The translations under genes were made by a program, and so were the position numbers. The notes below the pieces were generated by a model, which made no database searches, was not told the DNA's origin, and saw only the letters and a list, made by a program, of their open reading frames with translations. This document shows, piece after piece, positions 13,226 to 24,829 of a stretch of 64,000 bases of DNA. Origin of the DNA: Tricharina praecox (Eukaryota). How positions within the stretch are numbered: position 1 is the stretch's first letter; each line of letters begins with the position of its first letter. The stretch spans positions 1,178,001 to 1,242,000 of the forward strand of contig NW_026250408.1 of the NCBI RefSeq assembly GCF_024521635.1. The letters are read 5' to 3'.

Positions 13226-15943
13226 ATGTCCGTTACCACCATGCTCGCTCCCTCCACTCGGAACTCGGCCGCGTCGTCGACGTCGTCCGGCTTCGTGCCT
13301 GTGTCGAGACAGAACACCATCGGCTCGAGCGAAGGCGCGACGAGATCGACCAGGGCGTCGAAACGGTACAGTGTTACGGCCCTGTACCTGTCCATGTCGG
13401 CACAGGACAGAGATTTGGAAATTGAGGACGAGTTGGCACGAGGTTGGCGCAAACGTTTCCGTTTCGGGGGTGGGGCTGCGGGAGCTGACGGCGGTGCGAA
13501 CACAGTCCAGAAGACATTGCGCGACCTGAAGTCGAAGATCTCATCGCAGTCGAAGAAGAACTTTGTCCTGGAGAAGGACGTAAGGTACCTGGATTCTCGC
13601 ATCGCATTGCTGATTCAGAATCGCATGGCATTGGAAGAGGTAAGCTCGCCCACCCGTCTCCTGCTGCCCCCCTCACTGTGCGACCGCAACGAGAACGACG
13701 CCCGCGTGCAACCGTGCCCTTGGATGCTGACGATGGGAACAGCAAAACGAAGTTGCCAGCCATTTCGACGAGTCGAGCGAGATCGAGGGAGGGACCTTTC
13801 CGAACGACCAGAAGACGCAGGCCTACGGTAACCTCTTCTACCTCTTGCAGTCCGAGCCGCGCCACATCGCCGCGCTTTGCCGATGCGTATCCATGGCCGA
13901 GATCGATTCGTTATTGCAGACCGTCATGTTCACCATCTACGGTAACCAGTACGAGAGCCGTGAGGAGCATCTCCTGTTGACGATGTTCCAATCCGTCCTG
14001 TCGGCGCAATTCGAGACGACGCCCGAGTATTCTTCCCTGCTGCGAGCAAACACGCCGGTGTCTCGAATGATGACGACCTACACCCGTCGTGGACCCGGAC
14101 AGAGTTACTTGAAGCAGGTGCTCGCGAAGCAGATCAATAATCTGATCGAGCACAAGGACCTTAATCTGGAGATCAACCCGCTCAAGGTGTACGAACAGAT
14201 GATCAAGAACGTGGAGGAGGACACGGGGGCATTGCCTGCGAACTTGCCGCGTAGCATCTCGGCGGAGCAAGCAGCCGAAAATCCCCAGGTGCAGGCCATC
14301 ATCGAGCCACGATTAACCATGCTGATGGAGATCGCAAACACATTTTTGGCTACAATCATCGAGAATCTGGATGAGACTCCCTATGGGATTCGGTGGATCT
14401 GCAAGCAGATTCGGAGCTTGACGCGACGAAAGTACCCCGACGCGAAGGACCACATCATCTGCACCCTGATCGGCGGGTTTTTCTTTTTGCGGTTCCTGAA
14501 CCCGGCGATCGTGACGCCTAGATCGTACATGTTGATCGACAGTGTTCCTTCAGAACATCCCAGGAGGACATTGACCCTGATAGCGAAAATGCTTCAGAAT
14601 CTGGCGAACAAGCCGTCCTATGCGAAGGAACCTTACATGGCCCGGCTTGCACCCTTCGTCGCGAACAACAAGACGAGGATCAACCAGTTTTTGAACGACC
14701 TTTGCGAGGTTGGGGACTTTTACGAGTCACTGGAGATGGACAATTACGTAGCGCTATCTAAGAAAGATCTCGAATTGAACATCACCCTTAACGAGGTGTA
14801 CGCAACGCACGCGTTGCTGGAAAAGAATTCTACCGAGCTGGTCAGTCCCCCTGTAATTTTTAGTGTGGTTAGTGATGAGGAGGAGGGCTGACGGTGGGTC
14901 GCATCTGTAGCTCCAAGGACGTGATACCTCGCATCTGCGGATACTGTTGGAAGAGTTGGGTTCGGCGCCACCGCAAGTGCCTCGGAAAGAGAACAGGGCA
15001 ATTGATCTGCCACTATTCAGTCGATGGGAAGGAAACATCGACGACCTGTCCGCGGCGCTCGACATCACACAGGAGGATGTGTACTTCATGGAGGCCAAGT
15101 CGATATTCGTGCAACTCCTACGGACGCTGCCACCGACATCAGCCGCGGCCAGACGGCCACTGAATTTGCGGAAGATCGGAGACACAGCCACGACGATGAA
15201 GGACATGGGAATGTTCCGTAAGGGCATGCGGGGGTTGGAGCTTCTGAACCAGCTACAGGAGATGGGGGTGATCACCGACCAGGACAATTTCCAGATCCTG
15301 CGGGAGGAGATCGAGCAGGAGCTCGTCCATTTGGGGTCTCTTAAGGAAAAGGTCACGGATGAGACCAAGAAGCTCGATGAGGTGTACAAGACCATCAGGG
15401 ATCACAATGCGTACCTCGTCTCGCAGCTGGAGACGTACAAGTCGTACCTGCACAACGTGCGGAGCCAGTCGGAGGGCAAACAACGGCACGCGGGCAAGCA
15501 GCAGAAGCAGCAAGTGCTGGGTCCGTACAAGTTTACGCACCAGCAGCTCGAGAAGGAGGGCGTGATCCAGAAGAGCAATGTCCCGGACAACCGGTACGCG
15601 CAGAGAGGACGCCCCCACCCGCCTTACTCTGTTGCTAATGGCCTTAGGCGTGCAAACATATTCTTCAACATCACTTCACCGATGCCGGGGACTTTTGTGA
15701 TTTCGCTGCACTACAAAGGTACGGTTTGGAATTATCTACTCCTCCTCCGGTGTGATACACGCATAGGCTGACAATATGACAGGCCGGAACCGGGGACTGT
15801 TGGAGCTAGATCTCAAACTAGACGATCTGCTCGAGATGCAACAGAACAACCACGACGAGCTGGATCTGGAATACGTCCAATTCAATGTGCCAAAAGTCCT
15901 GGCCCTCCTTAATAAGCGGTTCGCACGAAAGAAGAACTGGTAA
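13226..15943 (+). CDS. gapA: Ras GTPase-activating protein (S. pombe Gap1/Sar1, Aspergillus GapA type)
   Basis: Exons 13226-13442, 13506-13639, 13743-14840, 14911-15593, 15648-15718 and 15783-15943. RasGAP motifs [24 protein letters not shown] and [11 protein letters not shown], followed by a RasGAP C-terminal region ending RFARKKNW*. Confidence 0.93.
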
Positions 15944-16245
15944 TATATCTCGACCTTGACCGAACCATGACCGGTACGAAGGAGGGCGGGGCGGCGGCGG
16001 CGGTGGGCGGGGTTGGGGTTTGCGGTTTGTTTTTTTTCATCAATTGATTGCGTTTTGTTTTCAACCTTTTTTTTCCTGCTTGCTTGCTTACCTGGGGGAG
16101 TCTTGTGTTCTGTTTTGCCGTGCTTTTTTTCTCTTTTTTTTCTCTTTCTTTTTTTCCGGTGCCGGATGCGATACGATATACCTTGAGAAGCGAGAAGCGA
16201 GCGGATAGCGGCGAGTTTGTGATAGGCGGTGGGGGAGGTTAATCG

Positions 16246-16280
<35 letters not shown>

Positions 16281-16825
16281 CTGTTTGGGAAGTTTTGTGA
16301 TTGGTTGTGGGTTGTGGGGTCCTTTCTGTTCTATTCTCGTCTCGTTTATGTCGAATTGTCGATGCATTTTTCTATTTTACCAATGGGGATACCTTTTTTC
16401 TTTCTTACTTTATTCATCTTTTATTCATTTTTTTTTCTTTTCGATTTTTATTTGTGGTTTTTGTACCGTTTGCTGGGTGCTGGGCGGGGCTGGGGCGGCT
16501 TTGTGGTTAATGTACAATTTGTTTTGGCGGTATTTTTTTCGATTTCGAGTTTGGGGCTGGGCTGGACTTCGGTGGTGAGGGGGCGGACTGCTGACTGGCT
16601 GGCTGGTTTTTGTCACCGGGGTTTTGAACAGTCGTCGTACTCTGAGGGGGTATGTTTTTCGTATATGGTTTTAATCTGTTTGCTCTTCTTGATTGCTCTT
16701 CTTGCGTGGTTTCACGGATGGTTTATCAGGGTGGTTTTGGGGATGGGGCGTAGGGAGTAGGGAGTTGGTGGCGAGTGAGATGGAGATACTATGTGAGAGC
16801 GAGATGTGTGGGGATATGTATGTGG

Positions 16826-16913
16826 GAGACAGAGACAGAGACAGAGACAGAGACAGAGACAGACAGAGACAGAGACAGAGACAGAGACAGAGACAGAGAC
16901 AGAGACAGAGACA
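16826..16913. repeat. (AGAGAC)n microsatellite
   Basis: Tandem hexamer with one phase slip near 16860. Confidence 0.95.
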
Positions 16914-17122
16914 AAGAGAATCGAACAGTGATGAGATGAGGGGAGATTTGGGGTGATTTGGGGGACGTCATTTTTTTGCTGTTATGCTGTGAGATGATGT
17001 GCTGGGTCGTGATGTGCGTGCTGGGTCGTGATGTGATGTGATGATCGTTTGAGCTGTGTCGACCTGTGCTCCCGGCCGGAGACTGAAGTCCGAGCCGGAG
17101 CACTCTCAGCACTCGCAGCTCC

Positions 17123-17510
17123 GGAGTGAGTGCTAGATGTGAATGAATTCCAGGTCTGCCAGGTGTGAACGAGAGCCTGCTATGTGTGAATGAGTGCTAT
17201 GTGTGAATGAGTGCTATGTGTGAATGAGTTCTAGTTAGGTGGGAACGGGAACCTGCCAGGCGTCAATGAGTGCCAGGTGTGAATGAGAACCTGCTAGGTG
17301 TGAATGCCAATGGCTGCTGGATGTGAATGAGTGCCAGGTGTGATTCTTGAATGGGTGCTAGATGTGAACGGGAACCTGCCAGTGTGAATGAGTGCTGAGT
17401 GTGAATGGGTGCTAGGTGAATGAGTACATGATATGGGTTGGTATATGTAGAACAGAGGGAAGAGGGTTTGGCCGCTGGCCAAGTGTGATTCGTGAATGAG
17501 TGCTACTATA
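17123..17510. repeat. Degenerate 17-bp-like minisatellite (core GTGAATGAGTGC)
   Basis: More than ten imperfect copies of TGTGAATGAGTGC(T/C)AG; three near-perfect 17-bp units at 17177-17229. Confidence 0.85.
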
Positions 17511-18018
17511 TGGAGTTTGTAGCTCCAGGAGAATGACACCCGCAGAGTGAATGGGAAAAGCTAGCTTTACTCTGCAATAATCGCCGCAGGAATGATTCAA
17601 AAGTTGAAATAAGTGTAGTTTTTATTTTGCAGTCTTCCAAGAATCCAAGTTCCAAGAATCTAAGATCCAAGAACTTCCAAGAAGAGAATTCAAAAAACAA
17701 CAACGCAAGGCCTTAGGCCACGAGCTCTAGTAGAAACAACTCAACGGAGACAACGGAGACAGTCTGGACCTAACCGAAAGCAAAGCCGTACACGAACTTG
17801 TGGGTGTAGAACAGTGAAGCAGAATAGAGGTGAAGGCTATACCGGTAGTAGGTAGAAAGAGGGAAGTTAAGAGATAAGGTGAGAAGAGAAGGAGATCTGG
17901 GGACAACCGAAGCAGGGAAAATAAACAAACTCCGTAAAGCAGGACCGTAAAGCAAGACCGCACGAACCAGAAAGAAGGCAAGCAAGCAGGGACAGCCAGC
18001 AATCCGAACTGCTCATAT

Positions 18019-18065
18019 AAAAACCAAAAACCAAAAACCAAAAACCAAAAACCAAAAACCAAAAC
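18019..18065. repeat. (AAAAACC)6 microsatellite
   Basis: Perfect tandem heptamer. Confidence 0.9.
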
Positions 18066-18195
18066 TCAATCAAAAACACCAACAGCACAAGTCAAGACAA
18101 GTCAAGACAATTCAAAACCGCAGAAGCAGATAAACAAAAACGCCCGCACCAGCCCGTCCTACACACACACACACACAGCCTCCCCCCGGACCAGG

Positions 18196-18731
18196 TTATG
18201 AAGGCAAAAACCGGTCCTCGTCCGTGAGCACGATCTCGACGACCTTTTCGGGCATGTTTATCCCGTTGTGGATGGTGATGTCGCTAGTGGACGAGCTGGG
18301 CAGAAAGATGTCCTGGTTCCAGTCGAAGCCCTGCGACGTCTTGACGTACGTGATCTGTGCATGCCTCGTCAGCTGCGTGGTTCCATGATTCCTGGCGAGG
18401 GGGAGGAATGGAGGGGAAATATACCACGCGTGGCGAACCGTCCCGCATCCCAAGGTCAAAGGTCGTGTGTTCAGCGCGGTTGAAGGAGGTGCCTATTGAG
18501 TGGGGGTGTTAGCTAGACCCGCGGAGAAGTGGGGGAAGGGGGCGGGGGGAGGGGCGTACTGAGAAGACTTGGCCGACGCCGGTGGTGCGCCCACGGATCG
18601 AAGCGGGGCGATGACGATGGCGACGGCGACAGAGACATGGACATGGACGGCGACATGGACGGCGACGGCGATGAGCCGTGTGTCGTGTGCCCGGCCGGCG
18701 ACGGAATGGGAATCGAGGGAGTGCGCGCCAT
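18196..18731 (-). CDS. Small conserved fungal protein of unknown function
   Basis: Exons 18731-18560, 18492-18425 and 18354-18196 joined by GT..CTRAC..AG introns. The product reads MARTPSIPIP..HRRRPSLLSTSF..GSPRVITYVKTSQGFDWNQDIFLPS..VVEIVLTDED. Confidence 0.7.
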
Positions 18732-20244
18732 CGTTGTGGCGGGAGAGTCGGACACGAGACGGGGCGGGGGGCGGGGCAGGTGGGGTCTACGGTGGTGGTT
18801 GTGGTGGGCGGAGAACGGGGGATGTGGAGTAGGATGAGGAGGAGGTGGAGGAGGAGGAGGCGTTGTGACGATGGTGATGATGTAGTAGTAGTAGTAGCCT
18901 ACCGACCTACTTGGAGAGCGGGTATGGATAAGTAAGTTGCAGTTGTAGTTGCAGTTGGTGAAGTGTAAGGGTTGTGCAGCATGCAGTGGTGCTTGTGCTT
19001 TATGTATGAGGTGGGGAGGTGGGTAGGTGGGAAGATCCGGGCTGTGGGTGGGATGCGGCGGCGGCAGCTGCCTGGAAGTTCCGTTGTCGTGACTCAACAC
19101 CCTCAACACACTCACACTTCAACGAGTCACGAATGGGGCGCTGGGGGGTGGGGAGGGGCGGAGGGAGGGAGGGAGTTGATCCACGTCAGTGAGCACTCTA
19201 TTCTACTCCACTCTACTAGATAGAGGTTATGTACCGGTATGCATACTTCCTACAGGTGCGAAACTTTGCGATGGGTAGATGTGCTGGCCTTTTTCCGAGA
19301 CGTGCGCTGCTGCTTCTACGGCGCCGCGACGGGAATCCTTCACGCGGGCAATAGTTACATGCATACATACGGTGATGAATGGAGAGGTGGTGGTGGTGTG
19401 TCGATAAGCCTGGGCAGCTAAGCTTGGCTTGCTGGGATAGGCGGTATCTAGCATATGTACCGAGCTGTGATCAGAGCTTATGATTGAATGTAGCGTTGGA
19501 GCCTGGTGAATTGTGATTGCGGTTTGTTGGGAATACCATTTGCGCATGCTTACTTTGAATAGGGACTCAAAGTTCTTAGTTGCCATTGTGCTTTTGCTTT
19601 TGACCAACGGTGGAGAAGAGCGAGGTTTCACGATAGCTAGTAGAGTAACTTGGGCTCTCCCTCACCTGCGGCACGGGGAGCTATCTACGCTAGTTGGTCC
19701 GCAGCTCTCCGCAGCTCTCCGCAGCCGTAATTAGTGGCTCATCCATCCGACCCGTGGGCCCCGAAGCCGGAGTTCTCAAGCTCTCGATTATCTCCCTCAG
19801 CCCGACGAGGCCCGACAACACAACACAAGCATTCCGCAGCAGCAGATCCGAAACCCCACCCGCCCCCTTGGCGCGCATCGCACGCACGAAAAAAAAAGTT
19901 TCTTTGACTCTGACTCTGCACGATGCGTGGACTGAGAGTTTATCTGCCGAAAGGTACTCTGCCTAAGAATGTAGCTAAGGATCTAGCTCAATCTGCAAAG
20001 GCCGTCGAGCAGTGTCACGTGCTACCTGAAAAAGAGCGCCCCAGATGGGTACTGCGCCATATCGCTGGTGGGGACTGGACTGGCCAGCGCCCGTCGGGTG
20101 CGCAGGTCGCTCAGCATGCCGATTCAGAGGCTTGAAGCCTGGAGTCATCGATCCGGTTCGCAGACTTGGAGTTCGGAGTCACTTCGCAGTTCCCACCATA
20201 CATGGTAGATGTCTACCAGCCCTGACCATTGACCGCGCCCCCTT

Positions 20245-20374
20245 CCACTGCCTATTCCTCCACCACCTATTCCTCGACCACCTATTCCTCCACCACCTAT
20301 TCCTCCACCGCCTATTCCTCCACCGCCTATTCCTCCACCGCCTATTCCTCCACCGCCTATTCCTCCACCGCCTA
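20245..20374. repeat. 8 copies of the 15-bp unit CCTATTCCTCCACC(G/A)
   Basis: Units start every 15 bp from 20251 to 20356. Confidence 0.95.
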
Positions 20375-21486
20375 CCCATTCCTCCGTCAAAGCCGTGTGC
20401 TTCTATATCTACCGGTATGAAAGCAGTGCTATGGCTCAGCACCTCAGCCGCAAACACAGCGGGCTCAAAGTTCAAACCGGGCTAGCTGCTAGGACCTGCT
20501 TGCTGGGATGATGTGGGATCAACTTTGTTTGAACTTTGAAGTTTGGGGTCGGTGCGGGGTGTTTCTGACTTTATGCATTTGACGGGTGGACTGCTATTGG
20601 ACCTACATAGAATTGAGTTGAGTTGAGTAACTACCGTACTCTACAGCAGCGACGGCTGGTGGTCACTGGTGTACGCTATGTAGTCTACGCGGCCCCCCGC
20701 TTAAAGGCTCCTGGATTCCCGGAGTCCTGAGATTCGGAAATGATCCGCCATAATCCAGAAGGATTGTATGTACCGGTATGTACCTAGTACGAATGCCTAC
20801 GGGCATCTCAACAGTCGACAGTCGGCGGAGGAAAACGGCTGGAATAATAGGACGAAAGGCCGTTTTGAGGCCAAGAGCCAAGAATTGGCCCTTGGGTTTC
20901 GGTTTTGCTGGGACAACGATAACTAACGGAGATGGAGTATGAGAGTATCCATAGCATGATGGCAGGTGCGAGCCTGGCGCCAAAAAGAACCATATATTTG
21001 CAAACCCACTACAGTCTACCGGTAGGTACGACGTGAATAACCTCTCGAATCTCCAGCTTCGTGTTCTCGGAATCTCTTCTTCGGATACCCAGTGAGCTGT
21101 TGACATTCAATGCATCAATTCGTAGGATTTATCGAACGGCATTGCGTTACGTTACGTTCGAACTGGCAGTATGTACTTTGAAGTTAAGCACCACGCTCGT
21201 ACAAAGTATTGCACACCCCATTCACCAGTGAGCGAAGCTTTTCGCTCACCGGGTAGCTGCATAGAGTACACAGGTACAAGTGTCGAGCAGTGAGCACAGG
21301 TCCCGGCCAAGACAAGCCGTAGGGCGTCAGGGACGATAAGAGCTCTCAGCTGTAGATAAGTTAGCATTGCTTGGCTCAGCCTTAGGTAGCACGTGCTCCC
21401 CTGTCTCGTCGCGTCCTCGTCGCTACCCACTCAACCCACCTACTCTACTTTACTCTCTCCACCCGACCAATCACCACACATACAAA

Positions 21487-22267
21487 ATGGACTCCAAAGA
21501 ATTCCGCAAAATCGAGCTCCAATCACCGGAGGACCTGCGGTACCTCCTCTCACAGATCACCGAAGTAGCGCGCAGCAACATCGACCAGCACCTACCATCT
21601 GGCGCCGTATCCGCCACGGACCCGCTGCGCCAGCGTGTCGAGGAGGAAGTTCTTCAGGTACCCCCTCCTCCCCCCCTTCCTCCCTCCCTCCCCTCCCCCC
21701 TTCCCCCGCCCAAGCTAACCTCCTTAGTTCATAACGCGCACCTTCACCCTGGCGCAGCCGTCGATCAGCGTGAACGGCCTTCCCTCGCTCTCGCCGTCGG
21801 CCTACACGGCCGCCGAGCCCGTCGACGAGTACGAGGCATTCGATGGGCGGCTGCACACGCGGGTGGCCGAGCTGACGGCGCAGGTGGAGCAGCGCACGCT
21901 GCAGAACGCGAATTTCCGCCGCGTGGTACCGAAGGCTGTCGTCGGCGCGTATGAGCACGCTATTGATGGCGAGGAACGTAGTGCCGCCAGGTTGAGGAGG
22001 GGGTGGGAGGCGAAGCTGGCGGAGGTGGAGGGTGCGGGTGGGGATGGGGAGGGTGCGGGGTTGGTGAGGGACGTGGATAGGAGGGAGGAGGTTGAGAGCA
22101 CGAGGAGGAGGGCGACGGAGGCGCTGCAGAGGCTTAAGGGCACGGTGCCGGAGGTAGGGGGGAGGCTTGAGAAGGCGGTTTTGGCGGCCGACTATGTCAT
22201 TGAGAAGAGGGAGAGGGAGGAGCAAGCGGCGAGGGAAAGGAGGGAGAAGATGCCGGTGGAGGAGTAG
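21487..22267 (+). CDS. NSL1: Kinetochore Mis12-complex subunit Nsl1/Mis14
   Basis: Exons 21487-21657 and 21728-22267. Motifs RKIELQSPEDLRYL, IDQHLP, DPLRQRVEE, SISVNG and EYEAFD, followed by a coiled coil. Confidence 0.8.
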
Positions 22268-22447
22268 GCGGGGTGTGGGGGTTTCTTTGGTCGGCGTTCG
22301 GTTGTTTTTTTTTTGCTGTCTTTACGATACGGTCTCCAGTCACTTGGGTTGTATTTCACGCGCAACGACGTTCATCTGCGATCACTCATCACTCATCCAT
22401 TAGCCATCTGTTTCTCTGTTTCTCTGCTCATCTTTTTGTCTGTTTAT

Positions 22448-22813
22448 CTACTCCTCCTTTCCCAACCCCAATCCCCTCTTAACCCACCCCTCGACCTCCA
22501 CTCCCCCGCCCGTCCTCGCAGCGGCAACCACATCCCTCACAGCGTCCACCTCCTCCGCGCCTCTCGCCTCAAATGCGACATGCATATCCTCGCGGATGCC
22601 GCCTCCACACAAGCTGCAGCTCTGCCAGCGCATGGCCTTGACGACCTTGACGAGGGCCTTGACGTCGTCCACGTTCGCGCCCGAGATCAGCAGCAGCCCC
22701 GGGTAGCCCCGCTTGTAGACCGCGCCGAGACCCAGTGATCGTGTTAGTGACCGGATTGAGGAGACTTTCTTGCTGGACAGGAGGTGGTGGAAGTGGAATA
22801 GGGCGGTGGGCAT
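22448..22813 (-). CDS. Small protein resembling the DUF1115/RWDD2 C-terminal (Prp3_C-like) domain
   Basis: Intronless, 121 aa. HFHHLLSSKK..SLGLGAVYKRGYPGLLLISG..VKAMRWQ matches the HH..S..K / GxPG / RWQ pattern of that family. Confidence 0.6.
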   Translation of the reverse strand: MPTALFHFHHLLSSKKVSSIRSLTRSLGLGAVYKRGYPGLLLISGANVDDVKALVKVVKAMRWQSCSLCGGGIREDMHVAFEARGAEEVDAVRDVVAAARTGGGVEVEGWVKRGLGLGKEE

Positions 22814-23072
22814 TGTGTCTTCCAGGTGGTTCGGACAGTGGGAGGAGTCCGGACAGTGGGTGGACTGTGGGGTGCGGCTTGGCGCCACCTTCACCACCGC
22901 CACCATCCGACGCGTGCGGAAAAGTTAAAAATTATCCGTCGACTAGCAGTTTACTAGCATCCCACGCGTGCATGAACTTTCCACCTTCAATCCCACCCCA
23001 CCACTCCCCCACCACTCTCCACCACCTCCCCACCACGCAAAACACCACCTTCCCACAACCACAACCACAACG

Positions 23073-23660
23073 ATGCCACTTGCACTCATCCACTTCGGCA
23101 AGCTCAGCTCGTCGACCAAGACGATAACACGATTCAGGGACCTATCACTGAAGCTGAACGTGCGGGGGATGTTACGAACCGGCAAACCCGCACAGATAAT
23201 AATCTCGGCGCCATTCGAGGAGGCATACCGACTGCGAGCGTACGTTGCAAAGGTGCGGGCGACGGGGGACCGCAGCGTGGGGCTGTACCACGGGCACATC
23301 GACATGACCCTCGGCATCGACTTTGAGAAGACAAACGGCGTCAAGAAGATTAAATCCTTCCAGGACATTCTCGATGCGGCGACTACGAGGGGCTATGGCG
23401 GTGATGTGGTCAGTTGGATCAGGAGCGGGCAGGATCGGCGGGTGCCGCTGTGGATGCTCACGGAGGGGTTTGAGGTCGCCAGTGGAGACGTCGAGGTCGC
23501 GAAGGAGACGGGGCTGGGCGTCGAGAAGGGCGTCCTGCCGGTCGAGGGGCTGCCTGGAGCCGAGGCGCCCCCGCCACAGGGGAAGATTGTCTGGGGGAAG
23601 GATGGGCCCGTCAATACGGGCACGTTCAAGAGGGGGCTGGTTACAAAATACTACATGTGA
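23073..23660 (+). CDS. Hypothetical protein, apparent diverged paralog of the adjacent divergent gene
   Basis: Intronless 195-aa ORF with GC3-rich codons. The N-terminus MPLALIHFGKLSSSTK..LNVRGMLRTGKPAQIIIS aligns by eye with the neighbour. Confidence 0.6.
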   Translation: MPLALIHFGKLSSSTKTITRFRDLSLKLNVRGMLRTGKPAQIIISAPFEEAYRLRAYVAKVRATGDRSVGLYHGHIDMTLGIDFEKTNGVKKIKSFQDILDAATTRGYGGDVVSWIRSGQDRRVPLWMLTEGFEVASGDVEVAKETGLGVEKGVLPVEGLPGAEAPPPQGKIVWGKDGPVNTGTFKRGLVTKYYM

Positions 23661-24334
23661 TGGGTGGGCGTGCGGCGAGGCGGCAATCTCTGGTTCTACA
23701 GGTGTTGTGTTCGTGCTGATGGCTGGACAGTCGGGTCTGGAGTCACGTATGGATGCTAATCCCACACTGTACGAGGCGATGGTTTATTCTGCTAGCGGGG
23801 ATGTGGGGCAGCGGGAGGGTGGAGAATGGTAGGCTTGGTGGGGCTGCATGTCGGGATCCCGGTGATACTTTGATCCGGAGGAGGAGGGCGGACTAGTAAA
23901 GTGGATGCGAATACCAGTAGTTAGACACCAGCGCAATCGCAGTTGGTCGGCGCCTCAAGAAATTCCGGTCGTCGCCTTAGATAGTTCCAAGGGTCCTGTC
24001 CGCCTCATCTCACTCGAGAGCCAATGCCACTCTCGCCCTAAGCCATTTGCGGCGACGACTAGAGTGGTTGCTACTCTAGGGCAGGACAGGTGCTGTGATG
24101 TCACCGCAATGCGCTCAGCTTAACTGCTTCCCTGCCTCTCCCTGCTTCTAGACCTTCCCCACACTCCCACTCCCACTCCATCTCCCATCCACAACGTCCT
24201 TCCATCGACCCTTCTTTCCCTTCCCTTATCACACCACTACCTTCTGTCCTCCCACCCTCCACCACCTCCACCACCTCCACCACCTCCACCACCACCACCA
24301 CCACCTCCCCACCGAAAATAAGAACACGTCCAAA

Positions 24335-24829
24335 ATGGGACCCGCGCTCGAAACCGGCAGCAGCCACACTACACCAAGCGTTATGAGCAACAGCACCACC
24401 AGCGCCACCAGCACTCCGTCGACGCCGCGCACGGGCCAACACCCCACGATCCTCAACCTCCCCTCTACGCCGTCCGACTTCGGCGAGGGCGAGTCCGGTC
24501 CCTCGACGCCGATGTCATGCGTTTCCACGATCGCGATCAAGGACGGGCACGAGGGACACCGCCCGGGGATGTCGGGCTTCGACGGCGCTGCCGAACGCAT
24601 CTCGCGCCTCTCGGCGATCTCGGCTGGTGGTTACTTCGATGTCAATAAGAGACCGGATACTCCCGCGAGCATGGGCGGAAGGGCAATGCAGACGGATTCC
24701 CCCGCCAGTACCGATAGTGCCAGGGAGCATAGGAAGGAGGCTAGGCTCATCGATGGTATGACGTATGATGAGGGCGTGGTTGATACGACGGATAAGACCC
24801 CGCCGGCGGTCGTCGATGAGAGGTGTTAG
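24335..24829 (+). CDS. Ser/Thr-rich hypothetical protein
   Basis: 164-aa ORF with good start context (CAAAATGG) and coding-like codon usage. Motifs SDFGEG, AAERISRL and EARLIDGMTYDEGVVDTT. Confidence 0.6.
   Translation: MGPALETGSSHTTPSVMSNSTTSATSTPSTPRTGQHPTILNLPSTPSDFGEGESGPSTPMSCVSTIAIKDGHEGHRPGMSGFDGAAERISRLSAISAGGYFDVNKRPDTPASMGGRAMQTDSPASTDSAREHRKEARLIDGMTYDEGVVDTTDKTPPAVVDERC

Noticed and set aside
20045..20485. Repeat proteins (GGGGI)n, (HRLFL)n or (RWRNR)n
   Set aside because: These are by-products of a 15-bp tandem repeat that is open in several frames; there is no convincing gene structure.
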